Below are positions 46,304 through 56,400 of a stretch of 64,000 nucleotides of DNA, in pieces. The notes under the pieces are model-generated. The model was not told where the DNA came from and searched no databases. It saw only the letters and a program-made list of their open reading frames with translations. The DNA is taken from the IMG/VR virus record IMGVR_UViG_3300050013_000065, positions 11,484 to 75,483 of that record; one strand, 5' to 3'. The position numbers were made by a program, and so were the translations under genes. Source of the stretch: a virus. Positions within the stretch are counted from its first letter, which is position 1. Each line of letters begins with the position of its first letter.

Positions 46304-46546
46304 TCAGCCAATGTTTGTGGAAGTACGAGTTATCCAAGCTTGGCCGGTGGCCCAGGACCAATCACCAACGTACGGCTGCGGGTATCCGGGCCAAGGCTGA
46401 ATATACGGAGAGGATAGTGGGTTCTTTCTACCACAACATGGGCAATACCCACAATTGGGGCAAACGTGTTGCGTCTGCTGATTAGGTTCCCCTCCGCACG
46501 AAAGTTGTGTATATGTGCTTGCTTGTCCTACGAGATTCTCGTCCAC
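46304..46546 (-). CDS. Small Cys-rich hypothetical protein
   Basis: CPNCGYCPCCG; GGAGG RBS. Confidence 0.5.
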   Translation of the reverse strand: MDENLVGQASTYTQLSCGGEPNQQTQHVCPNCGYCPCCGRKNPLSSPYIQPWPGYPQPYVGDWSWATGQAWITRTSTNIG

Positions 46547-46887
46547 TACGCCTCCTGCTGTTTCAAAACATCAAGTTTATCTCGGAACCCACTTAAGTAC
46601 GCCGTGAACTCCGTATCTGGGTGTAGTGCGAATTCCATTGCATTTTCGAGGTCCTGCTTGAAGAAAGTCTCGAATTGACTCAGGACAGAAAGTCCGGCAT
46701 GGGAGGCTACTACTGCGGGGTCTCCCGGCGGAAGAGATCGATGCGCTTGGTCAGTACCATCTACGTAGCTGTGGACAGTATCAAAGATGATCTCCCAGGC
46801 TTGGTCTGGTACTGTTCGTAGAATCCGTCCCCGTTCGTACACATCAATCTTGCCTTCTAGTTCATCGGGGTAGATAATGTCGGTCAC
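46546..46887 (-). CDS. Hypothetical protein
   Basis: GGAGG RBS; packed within the operon. Confidence 0.65.
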   Translation of the reverse strand: MTDIIYPDELEGKIDVYERGRILRTVPDQAWEIIFDTVHSYVDGTDQAHRSLPPGDPAVVASHAGLSVLSQFETFFKQDLENAMEFALHPDTEFTAYLSGFRDKLDVLKQQEA

Positions 46888-47093
46888 GACTGCCCTCCGT
46901 ACCGCTTAATAAGCCCGTCGATGTCTACATACCCTTTTTGAGGGGGAGGAGGTGCGGCGGATACTCGGCCCATACGTCCTGTTTTGACTTGGTGGGCTTG
47001 GTTGATTAGGTTCTGAATCTCGGCGTCCGACATTCGATCATAATCGGTGGCGGGGATAGCGTTGTCTTTAGTACTAAAATTTGGTTGAGTCAT
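46884..47093 (-). CDS. Small hypothetical protein
   Basis: TAATG coupling. Confidence 0.55.
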   Translation of the reverse strand: MTQPNFSTKDNAIPATDYDRMSDAEIQNLINQAHQVKTGRMGRVSAAPPPPQKGYVDIDGLIKRYGGQS

Positions 47094-47878
47094 TAGTAGT
47101 CGTCATCCCTCCAATCGTCGTAGTCGTACTCTGGCTCGTTTTCTTCCTCTAGTTTTTCCGGAGGGATGATGTCGGTTCTCACACTCCACTCCGGCCCAGA
47201 AAAGATTTTCTCTAACGCTTTCTCAGGGTTCTTGAGGGCTTTGCGGTATTCCCGAACGCCCACAAAAAGTTTATTGATCTGGTCGTCTGAGAGAGCGTCC
47301 AGACCTTCCGCCGGGTACGCGTAGCCCCCGATAGACTTTCTTTCGTCCTCTACCTTTTGGTAAAGTTCTTCTTGTGTATAGGAGGGGGTGAACTCTTCTT
47401 CCGAGTTTTGGGATGTGGGAAATTGCGTTATTCTCCCGTCCGGCCAGAATCTTGTGCCCGCAGAAGACCATCTATTAAACGAAGGCTTTGCGCGCCATTC
47501 CGCGTAATCTTTGTCTTCCGGGAGGAAAATTCTTTGGCAGACAGTACAGATTCCAACAGCCGCACCCGTATCCAAAGTGTGCCAGACGATGCTCGTCCTT
47601 CCAAAGGTATCTTGCATTTCGCTTAGAGGATTACAGCCAGCAACGTGGGGGCAGTTGTCTTGCTCGTCTTTCTTGTAACGCTCTTGTCTTTCTCGTAATT
47701 CTTTCGCTAGTTTTCTAAACGTAGATTCACGAGTTTCTTCTTCCAGGAGCGCCTGCGCTTTTCTCTTGAATTCTTTCAGAAAATCCTCTAGTGCGGAAAG
47801 AAGAGGCTGTAACAAATCTTCTAACTTTTGGGCCATCGTGTCTCCTGCATCAATCCGATGCCTCGGGGGTTTGTCCAT
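47093..47878 (-). CDS. Hypothetical protein with Cys/His Zn-binding domain
   Basis: CPHVAG...IVWH..D.G...GICTVC.R; paralog of 34160-34768. Confidence 0.7.
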   Translation of the reverse strand: MDKPPRHRIDAGDTMAQKLEDLLQPLLSALEDFLKEFKRKAQALLEEETRESTFRKLAKELRERQERYKKDEQDNCPHVAGCNPLSEMQDTFGRTSIVWHTLDTGAAVGICTVCQRIFLPEDKDYAEWRAKPSFNRWSSAGTRFWPDGRITQFPTSQNSEEEFTPSYTQEELYQKVEDERKSIGGYAYPAEGLDALSDDQINKLFVGVREYRKALKNPEKALEKIFSGPEWSVRTDIIPPEKLEEENEPEYDYDDWRDDDY

Positions 47879-48944
47879 TATCTGGACGGTTTAGTTGGGT
47901 GTCTATCCAATCGGCTATTTGGCGGTGTTCGGCGGCGGTGCCCACGTTCTTGATTCTGTTTGCTCGCCAACTGATTACCGCAACATTTCCGGGAACGTAT
48001 CCGAGTTCGGGGATGATCTTGTCTAGAGTCGGCGAACTGTCTTGCATCTTTCCAAGACCGGGCCTGATAGGTATTCCGAGAATGGGACAAATACTGGGAA
48101 TGAGAAAATCCTCTTTTGTGATAGAGAACGGAAATCCACCTCTCTTTGCCCGCCCTTTCGCGCTAGCGGTAAGCCGGTACAAATGCTTTTTAACAGCCGG
48201 AGTTGTCTCAAATACAAAAGAAGAAATACCTTCGATCCAGTTGGCAATCAGCCGGTGTTCTTTAGCCGTCCCGTCAGTCTTTAAAGTATTCGCCCGGTAG
48301 CTTATTACTGCGACATTTTCCCGAATGTATCCCAACTCAGGAACAATTCTATCCAAACTTGGAGATTCATCGTGATGAACTCCGGTCCCCCGTTCTAACG
48401 GTATCCCCAGAATAGGGCACAAGCGGGGAATGACCACATCTTCCTCCACCAAAGAAAAGGGTATATTATTCTCTTTGGCGCGGTTTTTAGCGGCATAAAA
48501 AATAGAGTACGAGGGTCTCTTCCGTCGCTTATCTTTCTGTTCTTCTAGAATGCGAGGCTTATTTTCCTCGTAAAAATCTTTACTTCTCGCAATATTTTTA
48601 TCTCGGTTTATGACGTGACGAGATCGACGATATTGCTTTATTTCTTCTGAGTGGGTTTCGTTATACGCTTTTTCTGCTTTGCGAATAGAGTCTCTATTTT
48701 TTAGATTATATTCTCGATTTTTAGCGAGTATTTCTTCTTTGTTCTCCGCGTAGTACTCTCTTCTTCTCCGGGAAAAGCAGGATTTACAGTCGTTTCGAAA
48801 CCCATCTTTCTTGCTTAAGTCTTTGTAAAACTCTGTTAACGGTTTAACTTCGCCGCACTTAGAGCAGCGTTTCATCATGGCTTCTTCTGTCATTTGGCTC
48901 ATCCTGAATATGAGGTAGGGCTTTGGGGACGATGATTCAGGCAC
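47850..48944 (-). CDS. Free-standing HNH-type homing endonuclease with tandem nuclease-like domains
   Basis: Zn finger plus two CPILGIP...SP.LD.I.PELGY...NVAVIS.RAN..K domains. Confidence 0.8.
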   Translation of the reverse strand: MPESSSPKPYLIFRMSQMTEEAMMKRCSKCGEVKPLTEFYKDLSKKDGFRNDCKSCFSRRRREYYAENKEEILAKNREYNLKNRDSIRKAEKAYNETHSEEIKQYRRSRHVINRDKNIARSKDFYEENKPRILEEQKDKRRKRPSYSIFYAAKNRAKENNIPFSLVEEDVVIPRLCPILGIPLERGTGVHHDESPSLDRIVPELGYIRENVAVISYRANTLKTDGTAKEHRLIANWIEGISSFVFETTPAVKKHLYRLTASAKGRAKRGGFPFSITKEDFLIPSICPILGIPIRPGLGKMQDSSPTLDKIIPELGYVPGNVAVISWRANRIKNVGTAAEHRQIADWIDTQLNRPDNGQTPEASD

Positions 48945-48976
48945 CGACCCCTCTGCCGTTAGTTCGAACTAAAGAT

Positions 48977-49005
48977 AGTATACCACATCCTTTACAAAAA
49001 GTCAA
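48977..49005 (-). promoter_or_regulatory. Sigma70-type promoter for the free-standing endonuclease
   Basis: TTGACT-17 bp-TATACT with TGn. Confidence 0.65.
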
Positions 49006-49013
49006 CTGTTTTC

Positions 49014-51092
49014 TTATAGATTCCCGCCGAATCCGGAACTACCTGTGTTTGGCTGGCCTGTTAATACATCTGGCTCAACGGCTCGTTTGAATGATTCGCG
49101 CAGCACGTCACGCGCGCTCCGGGCAATATTTTCGCTGTCTGCTTGTTCGGCTTGTAGTTGTGCCTTCTGCGCCAACAGAGCCTGTTGCTGCTGGAACTTG
49201 ACTTGCATTGCCCCACTTTGACTCTTCTGCTGTTGGCGTTGTAGGTCTTCTGGGGTCATATCGACGATTACATCGTTCTGGTTACGGAACTCAGAGGCTT
49301 CGAACCACATCCTACAGATTTCGTTTACGTCTATCTTTTTACCTTCCATAGCTAGCTGTTCCACCACGGAGGGATTGGCCAAGAATTGACTTAGGAGAGG
49401 AAGACCCTGTGACATGTTTCTCCTCGTAGTCATTTTGCTCCCGGCCAATACGGCGAACTTCACCTTGGCATTGAGGACCGAAACAAGATCGCCCCCATTT
49501 TGCACGTACTCGTGTTTTAGTTCATCCGAAAGGATAAATTCCAACTGCGAATAGGGCAACATCATCTGGTTCATTTCAGAAACGTCATACAAATAAGGCA
49601 CCAGCACCTGATTAGCCAGTTTATCGATACAATCGGAGATGATATTTGACGCGCCCTGTCCGAGTAGTGAAGCTCCGGCGGAGGATCGGGCGAGGTTAGA
49701 GTGCCCAGCCGACCCAGCATTTCCCTGAGAGGTAATTGGGTTAGCGCCCGACACAGAATCCACCCTCTGCTGAGACATGGCAAAGAGCTGGTTGGCTTCT
49801 TGTACTGGATCTCCGAACTTCAGAGGTTGTAGATCGCCTTGGGCGTCCACTTCGATCATTTTGTTGGGGCCGATGCGGATGCTTTGTGTCGGGACCGACT
49901 TTCCTTTTACACGAACCATAGGAGCGTTCAACTTCAGGTTCGCGATGTTCATCATCAGGTTTGTAATACCGGCTTGGACACGCTGTTCTGTGCCGATCAG
50001 CCGACCAAGACCGATAGACCAGAAAGCTCCGGGCTGGTCCCACCAACCGATACTCAGGAACGGGATTTTACCGTAGGCGTTCTGTCCGTTGTAGATGACC
50101 ACCTTTTTCTGGATCACTACGATTAGGGTTTTGTTGTCCCACCGTTCGAGGACTTCCAGAGGTTGCTGGAAAGGATCGACCGTGGTAGCTTCCCACGGAG
50201 ATTCCGCGCGCGCGTCCCACAAAGGATTGCGTCCGCCTTCTTGCTGGGGATTGGATTCGACGGGTTCCTTCGGGGGGAGAAACAACTCAAGCATCTTCTC
50301 GCGAGATGGAATATCGTAGCCTTCACGGTCGCGCAGCTTGTCAATATCGTCCCAGGTCATATACCGGCGGCGGACAATATATTTAGCTTTGCGGATGTCT
50401 GGGACTTCGAGACCTGGGTCCACCAGAATTTCCCGAAGATTGACTATGTGCTCAAAAGTAGGTCTGTCGATTACTTCTTCGATCTCTTCTACTTCGAGTT
50501 CGTCATCAGATATTGAGGTCTCAGGAGCGCCGGGAATAGTGCTTGGAATTTTGACAACTGGATTCTTCCGCTTGACGATCTTTCGAGTCTTGGTGTATTT
50601 TTCCCACCCTTCGGCGAAAATGGCTGTTCCGAACAGTAGACAGTTCATCAAACCAAGACGGAGTTCTTCTCGGAAGTTGATGTCTTCCAGTTGATAGCCG
50701 AGAAGGGCCGACACGGCGCGCGCACACTGCGCTGAGGTTCCGCTCCGTTCTTGAACCATAAAAGGGGGATTTTCGTAGAACAATCCGGCCAAAAGCTGGG
50801 GGTTGATGCCGTTGACCGCCGTAGCCACCGTGAAGAAATTTACCGAAGAAGCTTCAATTGAGGTACCCGGCCAGAAGTTCGGGGCATAAATCGAAGTATA
50901 GAGGTCTCGGGAAGAAACCCAGGCCATTATCCAGCTTTTTCTCTGCTCATCGGATTCTGCCCTCTCCGTATCTTGGACTACGAGAGCAAGAGACGCGGGG
51001 TCTCCGAAAGTCCCGGTATGCAGAAACTCTAACGCTTCGTCTTTTGTTATGTCCTGGTGCGGGTCGCGGACTGGTTCTGGAAGCTGGCTCAT
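49014..51092 (-). CDS. Portal protein (P22/podovirus-like)
   Basis: 692 aa; LLFGTA, ILVDP, YGKIPF, FWSIGLG...Q...N, Q-rich C-terminal barrel; synteny. Confidence 0.82.
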   Translation of the reverse strand: MSQLPEPVRDPHQDITKDEALEFLHTGTFGDPASLALVVQDTERAESDEQRKSWIMAWVSSRDLYTSIYAPNFWPGTSIEASSVNFFTVATAVNGINPQLLAGLFYENPPFMVQERSGTSAQCARAVSALLGYQLEDINFREELRLGLMNCLLFGTAIFAEGWEKYTKTRKIVKRKNPVVKIPSTIPGAPETSISDDELEVEEIEEVIDRPTFEHIVNLREILVDPGLEVPDIRKAKYIVRRRYMTWDDIDKLRDREGYDIPSREKMLELFLPPKEPVESNPQQEGGRNPLWDARAESPWEATTVDPFQQPLEVLERWDNKTLIVVIQKKVVIYNGQNAYGKIPFLSIGWWDQPGAFWSIGLGRLIGTEQRVQAGITNLMMNIANLKLNAPMVRVKGKSVPTQSIRIGPNKMIEVDAQGDLQPLKFGDPVQEANQLFAMSQQRVDSVSGANPITSQGNAGSAGHSNLARSSAGASLLGQGASNIISDCIDKLANQVLVPYLYDVSEMNQMMLPYSQLEFILSDELKHEYVQNGGDLVSVLNAKVKFAVLAGSKMTTRRNMSQGLPLLSQFLANPSVVEQLAMEGKKIDVNEICRMWFEASEFRNQNDVIVDMTPEDLQRQQQKSQSGAMQVKFQQQQALLAQKAQLQAEQADSENIARSARDVLRESFKRAVEPDVLTGQPNTGSSGFGGNL

Positions 51093-51220
51093 TTATTCTC
51101 TCGTTAGGCCAAGGGCCTTTATTTTGTTAGAAACAGTGTGGTGATCAGACCTAGTCGTTTTCCGATTTCTCGTAACGATATTGATACCGTTCAATGCGCC
51201 GATGATTGCCATGCGACCCC

Positions 51221-51448
51221 TTAGATTGAAACCTTATTGAGTACCGCCGCTGGCAGTCCGGAAAGCAACACACGGGCTGTCTGAACTCCCAACTCATAGC
51301 CGGACTTGAAGTCCTCGGAGGCATTAGGTACGGCGGAATGCAGCTCTTTCCGCTGATCCGGCAAAACCCACGCCTCCGCGCTGAAAGCTGTAGGCGATTG
51401 CAATTGGTCAATCGCCGCTTCGATCATCATCGCCGCTGGTACAATCAT
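51221..51448 (-). CDS. Hypothetical protein
   Basis: GGGAGG RBS before ATG 51448. Confidence 0.55.
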   Translation of the reverse strand: MIVPAAMMIEAAIDQLQSPTAFSAEAWVLPDQRKELHSAVPNASEDFKSGYELGVQTARVLLSGLPAAVLNKVSI

Positions 51449-51486
51449 TTCTCGCCTCCCTGGAGCCTCGCCGGGCGTACAAATCC

Positions 51487-51972
51487 CTAACTGCACCCCG
51501 TGATAGTAACCGACCCAGTCCCACTTATCGTGATTTTTCCTGTAGTGCCTACTGTGATGGTGCAGGAACTGGAAGGTGTGGTGATCGTGTACAGCGCCGA
51601 GCTAACCGCACTGTTGGTGTATCCGGATTTCACTGCCAGCGCCTTGACGGTCGTGGTCGTCACAATCGAGAACGGCGCAGCATAGAGAGTCGAAGAGGTC
51701 GTGGGATTGGTGCCATTTGTAGTGTAGTAAATCGCCGCGCCGCTGGTGCTGCTGGCGAGGGCTACTGACTGAGCTACGGTGTACGTACCTGCCACGGGAC
51801 TGAACGTGGGAGTTGCGGCGGTTGGAGGCGTGGTGGTGATGGTGTACGCGGCGGAGCCAACTGTCGAGTTGGTGTATCCGGACTCGGTTGCGATCGCATA
51901 GAGCGTTTGCGTTGATGCCACGGTCACCGCACCCGTCGCCTGAGTCGCGCCGGTGCAGGAGGCACCATGTTT
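51487..51972 (-). pseudogene. 5'-truncated chitobiase/FN3-associated domain protein
   Basis: One full ATPTFSP.AGTY...IYYTTNG..PT..STLY domain preceded by a half domain that runs back to an in-frame TAA; no RBS or proper start. Confidence 0.55.
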
Positions 51973-52051
51973 TTATTCCAAGCACCGCAGTGCCATCATT
52001 ATCGTTGCCTGACTCCCACCTGACGATTAGGCACCGTTCAGATGTATTCAG

Positions 52052-53359
52052 CTACGGCCTTGGCTTCAGCGAGTAGACGATCACCGCATTCCCCGGTGCT
52101 CCGCCTAAAGTGCTGGTCAGCGTGACGGTACCGGAACAGGTGGCAGTGCCACTCGTGCATGTGGCCGTAGTGGGTGCGGCTGTGCAGCTTTGCCCTCGCG
52201 AGGTGATTGTGATCGCTCCGGCCACTCCGCTTGTGACTGCCATTGTTGCCGTAGCTGTGCAGGCAGCATTGAAAGTCCCCAGTGATACGTTTCCTGTCCC
52301 GCTAAGCGGGAGGCTGCTCACATACGTTGCTGTTGCCACGCCTGTGGCTATAAATCCTATCTCAGGCTGTAAGTTTTTCGTTGTCGTTGAACTGACAGTT
52401 ATCGGTGAATATGTATTTTCTGCGGCTACCAGGGATGCGCTGGAAAAGTTCCCCGACATAAACTCCGATACGCTAAGGACGGATGGAGAGAGAGCGACAA
52501 TGTTGTAATTGATTTCTCCTACAGATCCTGCTGAACTTCCACTCCACGTTGCAAAGCCCTGTGGCGTGTAAATGTTAGTCGTGCCATAAAAAAGTTTATA
52601 AGATGCGCTTGGGGGAGCACTGCTGGAATACACGCCAATCTGCATCTTCAGCTCGTAGGTTGACTTTGCAGCAATGGTGTTGGCAGGAACGGAGTAGTTG
52701 TTGGAGGTCGAGTACAGAGTAGTACTGAGCGCATCTGTCGTCTGGTTGCTGCACCACAGATACAGGCTCCCGCCGCTCGACCATGTGCAACCCAAAGGTG
52801 TGGATGGATCGACGGTGATGAGATTAGGAATGGCAGACAGTACCTTGAATGGACCGGCGTTAAAGCTCCCGCTGGTGCATGTAGCTGATGCTGTGATGCC
52901 GAAAAGCTGGCCCGGAGCAACGTATGCGGCAGGTAGGGACGTGCCCGTGATCGTGGTCGAAGTCCCCGCCGTGATCGCGTTTGCCCCGATGCTTTGATCT
53001 GCCGCCATCGCGCAGGCGCACTCTGGAGTGACAGACGGCGGAGGTGATGCCAACTGGGCACCAATAGTGTTCGCACTAATGGTTAGGGGCGTAGACCCAT
53101 TGAAAACAGCGCCGGGGGCTGCTCCCGCATTGCTATTGTTAATGGTTAAATTGGCGGGCGTGCCCTGGTTGCAGGCTTGCCCTACGTCATACAACAAGGG
53201 CGGATTGACGGAGAACCATCCGGCGCAATCTCCAGGTGTTATTGTTCCGTACACTGTAGGTACGCCGGTAAGAGTACCGTTCGGAGCTACGGTCCATGAG
53301 TTCTGAGCCGCCGCTGTCATAGTGAAAATCAGAGCAAACAAAAAGGTAATTGTCTTCAT
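52052..53359 (-). CDS. Signal-peptide-bearing tail fiber/RBP-like protein
   Basis: MKTITFLFALIFTMTAAA-Q; T/S/G-rich; GGAGG RBS. Confidence 0.6.
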   Translation of the reverse strand: MKTITFLFALIFTMTAAAQNSWTVAPNGTLTGVPTVYGTITPGDCAGWFSVNPPLLYDVGQACNQGTPANLTINNSNAGAAPGAVFNGSTPLTISANTIGAQLASPPPSVTPECACAMAADQSIGANAITAGTSTTITGTSLPAAYVAPGQLFGITASATCTSGSFNAGPFKVLSAIPNLITVDPSTPLGCTWSSGGSLYLWCSNQTTDALSTTLYSTSNNYSVPANTIAAKSTYELKMQIGVYSSSAPPSASYKLFYGTTNIYTPQGFATWSGSSAGSVGEINYNIVALSPSVLSVSEFMSGNFSSASLVAAENTYSPITVSSTTTKNLQPEIGFIATGVATATYVSSLPLSGTGNVSLGTFNAACTATATMAVTSGVAGAITITSRGQSCTAAPTTATCTSGTATCSGTVTLTSTLGGAPGNAVIVYSLKPRP

Positions 53360-53368
53360 TGCGTCCTC

Positions 53369-56074
53369 CTAGTTTCCGCCAGCGTAAATGCTGGCCACGC
53401 GTGACGCATCGAACATTTCAGGATAAACTCGCAAGTCCCACACATAACCGTGCAGGTAGTTTGATCCTCCAGAGAATCCAGCACCAACGTACAGGTGGTT
53501 GAACTGGTAAGCCCCATTATTTACGCCTGTAAATGTTCCTGACAGCACGCCATTGACGTAAATATAGGTGTTCACCGCGTCAGTTGTTACCACGATATAA
53601 TAGGGAGTTCCAGTGTTCAATGCCGTTGTGGAGAGTTGGTAGCTATTCCCCAACCAGTAAGCCAACACCTTGTTCGCGCCACTAACTTTGATCTCCAGTA
53701 GGCGGGCGGCATTGCCATCTGTCGGCGAGGTGCCTACACTCCACACCGGATCGTTAGCATTTAGCTGGTCAAACTGCACCCAAAAGCTGAAAGCCATCTC
53801 ATTGCCAAGTATGGTGCGCAAATCCATCACTTGATGCAACGCGGCCAGCGCAGTAGTATTTGTGCTTATGAGTGCGGGCTGGCTGGCCGCCCCACTCAAC
53901 GCAGTATATATGGCGGTAATGACAGAACCTGTCTCCAGCGCATGTGACGACTTAGTTACGTCCATCATCGGCACAGTAGGCGTATCCAGGTATGCCATAT
54001 CGTAGGTTTGGTCATTAACAGCGGCATAACCGAGAAACGTCCGCGAAGCTGCTGTAAAATATGGAGTGGTAGAGCGCCAGAGTTTTAGCCCGTGATCATA
54101 CAGCGCCGAGCCGGGAGCGGCATCAAAAGGAACCATCATATAATATAGGTTTCCTTCCATCCAAACCGATGCACAATAACTATCCGTATCGGTAAAGATA
54201 GGGCTGTTAGCAGCGGCAGTCATGGCTCCGCTAAATGTCTGGTCTTGCGTGGTGTAGACGTATTGGTTTCCGTGCTGTAGTTTCCCATTTGTGTATAAGT
54301 AATATGTTGCCGATGAAGGACTGTAGATCACCGCAGTAGGATCGAAGTTGGTAGATGCTGGATTAAATAAACCAGGAGCGGCGCCGCTGTTAATACGGGT
54401 AAACGTGATGCCGTCAGTCGCAGTCGCCTCGCCCAGTTGATTTGTGGCATTTACCGCGCTATTAGACCCTCGGTACAACATAATCCAAACACCATCCGAA
54501 ACGCGCTGGAAGACGCTGCTTGTTTGGAGCGACGCATCCCACGGACCACACGCAATAACGTCTCCGCTAGACGGTTCAGTGGTGGGTGTTGTAGTAACAA
54601 CGATGGTTGTTCCGGTCGAGGATACGACATAATTACCCGCTTGAATGTATCCGGGATTTGTCTGGTCGTATACCAGCATCCCACTTGTACAGGAAGCTCC
54701 TCCAGATACCACGTTAATTGTGGTTGTAGATGAACCTGCCGCTGCCGTGACAGTAGTTCCCATTCCTAAACTTGCTAAAGCTATGGTAGGATTGCTCCAA
54801 TTCACCAGATTGGAGCTTTCAAAGCGGTTAATATTTGAAGCCCCACTTTGTCCATTCGATAGATAGTAGTACCAACCACCAGCCGGATTTCTTGTTACTT
54901 GGCCATAAATGTTTTCAGAACCCGGCCCATTAATCACAGGATTGCCTGCATACTTTGTCCAGAGATTCTGGAGCGACCCAGTCTCCATCAAAGGCACCGT
55001 GATGTCAACATACTGTCCGGAAGTTGTAAAGTGGAAAGCGGGAACTGTGCCGAGCGGCCCGGTGATTGTTGTTGCAACTGTCGAAGTATTGCCACTGACA
55101 AGCACTCCGTTTAGGGTTGTACCGTCTATGGACGGGACGGATGTAGCAGTGACCGTTGTAGAGGCAGCATTGTCACTGAACGCCCACCCAAGATAGGTGT
55201 TGGCAGTAAACTTTGAAAAAGGTGCCGCCGTCGCCTGACTAGTGCCGTCAGGAAAGATGACGCCGGTCGAACCGATTGTTGTAGGTGTCGTAGTGCCAGC
55301 CGCGACGGTTCCTGAAAAGTTTCCGTTTGTGCCATTGACTACGTTCGGAGTTGTGCTGCCCAATACGGGAGGAGAAGCAAAATTTACGACTGGAACGTTG
55401 GCAAGAACAAAAGCATCCGTAGCTACTTTGGCGGTGTTGTCCCCGGTGGTTTGGGTTGTAGCGGTGATTCCATTTGGAAGAGAACTAGTTGGTTGGACTG
55501 TAGTTCCATTTGCGGCATAATACGGGACTTGTCCCGCAGTACCAGAGCCAACAGTTGGAACGTTGGCAAGAACAAAAGCATCCGTAGCTACTTTGGCGGT
55601 GTTGTCCCCGGTGGTTTGGGTTGTAGCGGTGATTCCATTTGGAAGAGAACTAGTTGGTTGGACTGTAGTTCCATTTGCGGCATAATACGGGACTTGTCCC
55701 GCAGTACCAGAGCCAACAGTCCCCGAACCTCCTCCTCCATTTATGCAGATATTCTCGGTAGTATAACTTCCTTGACCGGGAGCAGAAACAGTTTCATTGA
55801 CGCAGTAATTAAGTGGGATATAGTAGTCGTAGTTGCCGTTTTTATCCGAGGTAACCAATCCCGAAGTGATCTGACTAGATAAACCGGGGTCCGAATAAAT
55901 AGTTGCGGTCGCTCCCGTAACCGTGTTGGTCACGTAGATAGAGCCGTTCGGCACAATTTGCGCAGTAACGCCAGAAGTTCCCCGGGCCAATAGTTGGTTG
56001 ACCCGGTGGTACCCCGTGGTGGCTTGGCCAAAAGCAAGAATCGGAATGAGAAGCAGCAAGAAAAGTTTATTCAT
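53369..56074 (-). CDS. Tailspike-like protein with signal peptide, five-bladed beta-propeller glycoside-hydrolase-like domain and LamG-like domain
   Basis: MNKLFLLLLIPILAFG-Q; WTKYAGNPVI, W.MLYRG..A.ATDGITF; C-terminal IYVNG...L.VG...G.VWDLRVY. Confidence 0.68.
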   Translation of the reverse strand: MNKLFLLLLIPILAFGQATTGYHRVNQLLARGTSGVTAQIVPNGSIYVTNTVTGATATIYSDPGLSSQITSGLVTSDKNGNYDYYIPLNYCVNETVSAPGQGSYTTENICINGGGGSGTVGSGTAGQVPYYAANGTTVQPTSSLPNGITATTQTTGDNTAKVATDAFVLANVPTVGSGTAGQVPYYAANGTTVQPTSSLPNGITATTQTTGDNTAKVATDAFVLANVPVVNFASPPVLGSTTPNVVNGTNGNFSGTVAAGTTTPTTIGSTGVIFPDGTSQATAAPFSKFTANTYLGWAFSDNAASTTVTATSVPSIDGTTLNGVLVSGNTSTVATTITGPLGTVPAFHFTTSGQYVDITVPLMETGSLQNLWTKYAGNPVINGPGSENIYGQVTRNPAGGWYYYLSNGQSGASNINRFESSNLVNWSNPTIALASLGMGTTVTAAAGSSTTTINVVSGGASCTSGMLVYDQTNPGYIQAGNYVVSSTGTTIVVTTTPTTEPSSGDVIACGPWDASLQTSSVFQRVSDGVWIMLYRGSNSAVNATNQLGEATATDGITFTRINSGAAPGLFNPASTNFDPTAVIYSPSSATYYLYTNGKLQHGNQYVYTTQDQTFSGAMTAAANSPIFTDTDSYCASVWMEGNLYYMMVPFDAAPGSALYDHGLKLWRSTTPYFTAASRTFLGYAAVNDQTYDMAYLDTPTVPMMDVTKSSHALETGSVITAIYTALSGAASQPALISTNTTALAALHQVMDLRTILGNEMAFSFWVQFDQLNANDPVWSVGTSPTDGNAARLLEIKVSGANKVLAYWLGNSYQLSTTALNTGTPYYIVVTTDAVNTYIYVNGVLSGTFTGVNNGAYQFNHLYVGAGFSGGSNYLHGYVWDLRVYPEMFDASRVASIYAGGN
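55391..55720. repeat. 165-bp tandem duplication (55-aa repeat) in tailspike stalk
   Basis: 55391-55555 matches 55556-55720. Confidence 0.9.
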
Positions 56075-56102
56075 CGGGCCTCGTCCAGATAATGGAGCGC
56101 TG

Positions 56103-56399
56103 TTAGCACGTATGTTCGCCAGTTTCAAAATCTACAGAGTAAGGAACGGAGATCGAAGTGCTTCCTTCGCTGGCTGTTCCTACTTTCCAGTCGGCCTTGC
56201 CCCACTTTGCGGGAGTATGTTCTCCATCGTCTTGAGCGTGCTGCGGACCTTCTTGTTCTGTGGTAAGGGAAACGAGTTGTCCTGCTCCCTTAGCTTCGCC
56301 TTCGGGGCCAGAAGGGCCGACAGCGGAGTAGTCAGATGGTTTTGAGTTGCGCGGAGATTCGAGATTTCCGCCGAGCACAACGAGATTACCTACGGTCAT
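56103..56399 (-). CDS. Hypothetical protein
   Basis: GAGGA RBS. Confidence 0.5.
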   Translation of the reverse strand: MTVGNLVVLGGNLESPRNSKPSDYSAVGPSGPEGEAKGAGQLVSLTTEQEGPQHAQDDGEHTPAKWGKADWKVGTASEGSTSISVPYSVDFETGEHTC

Positions 56400-56400
56400 A

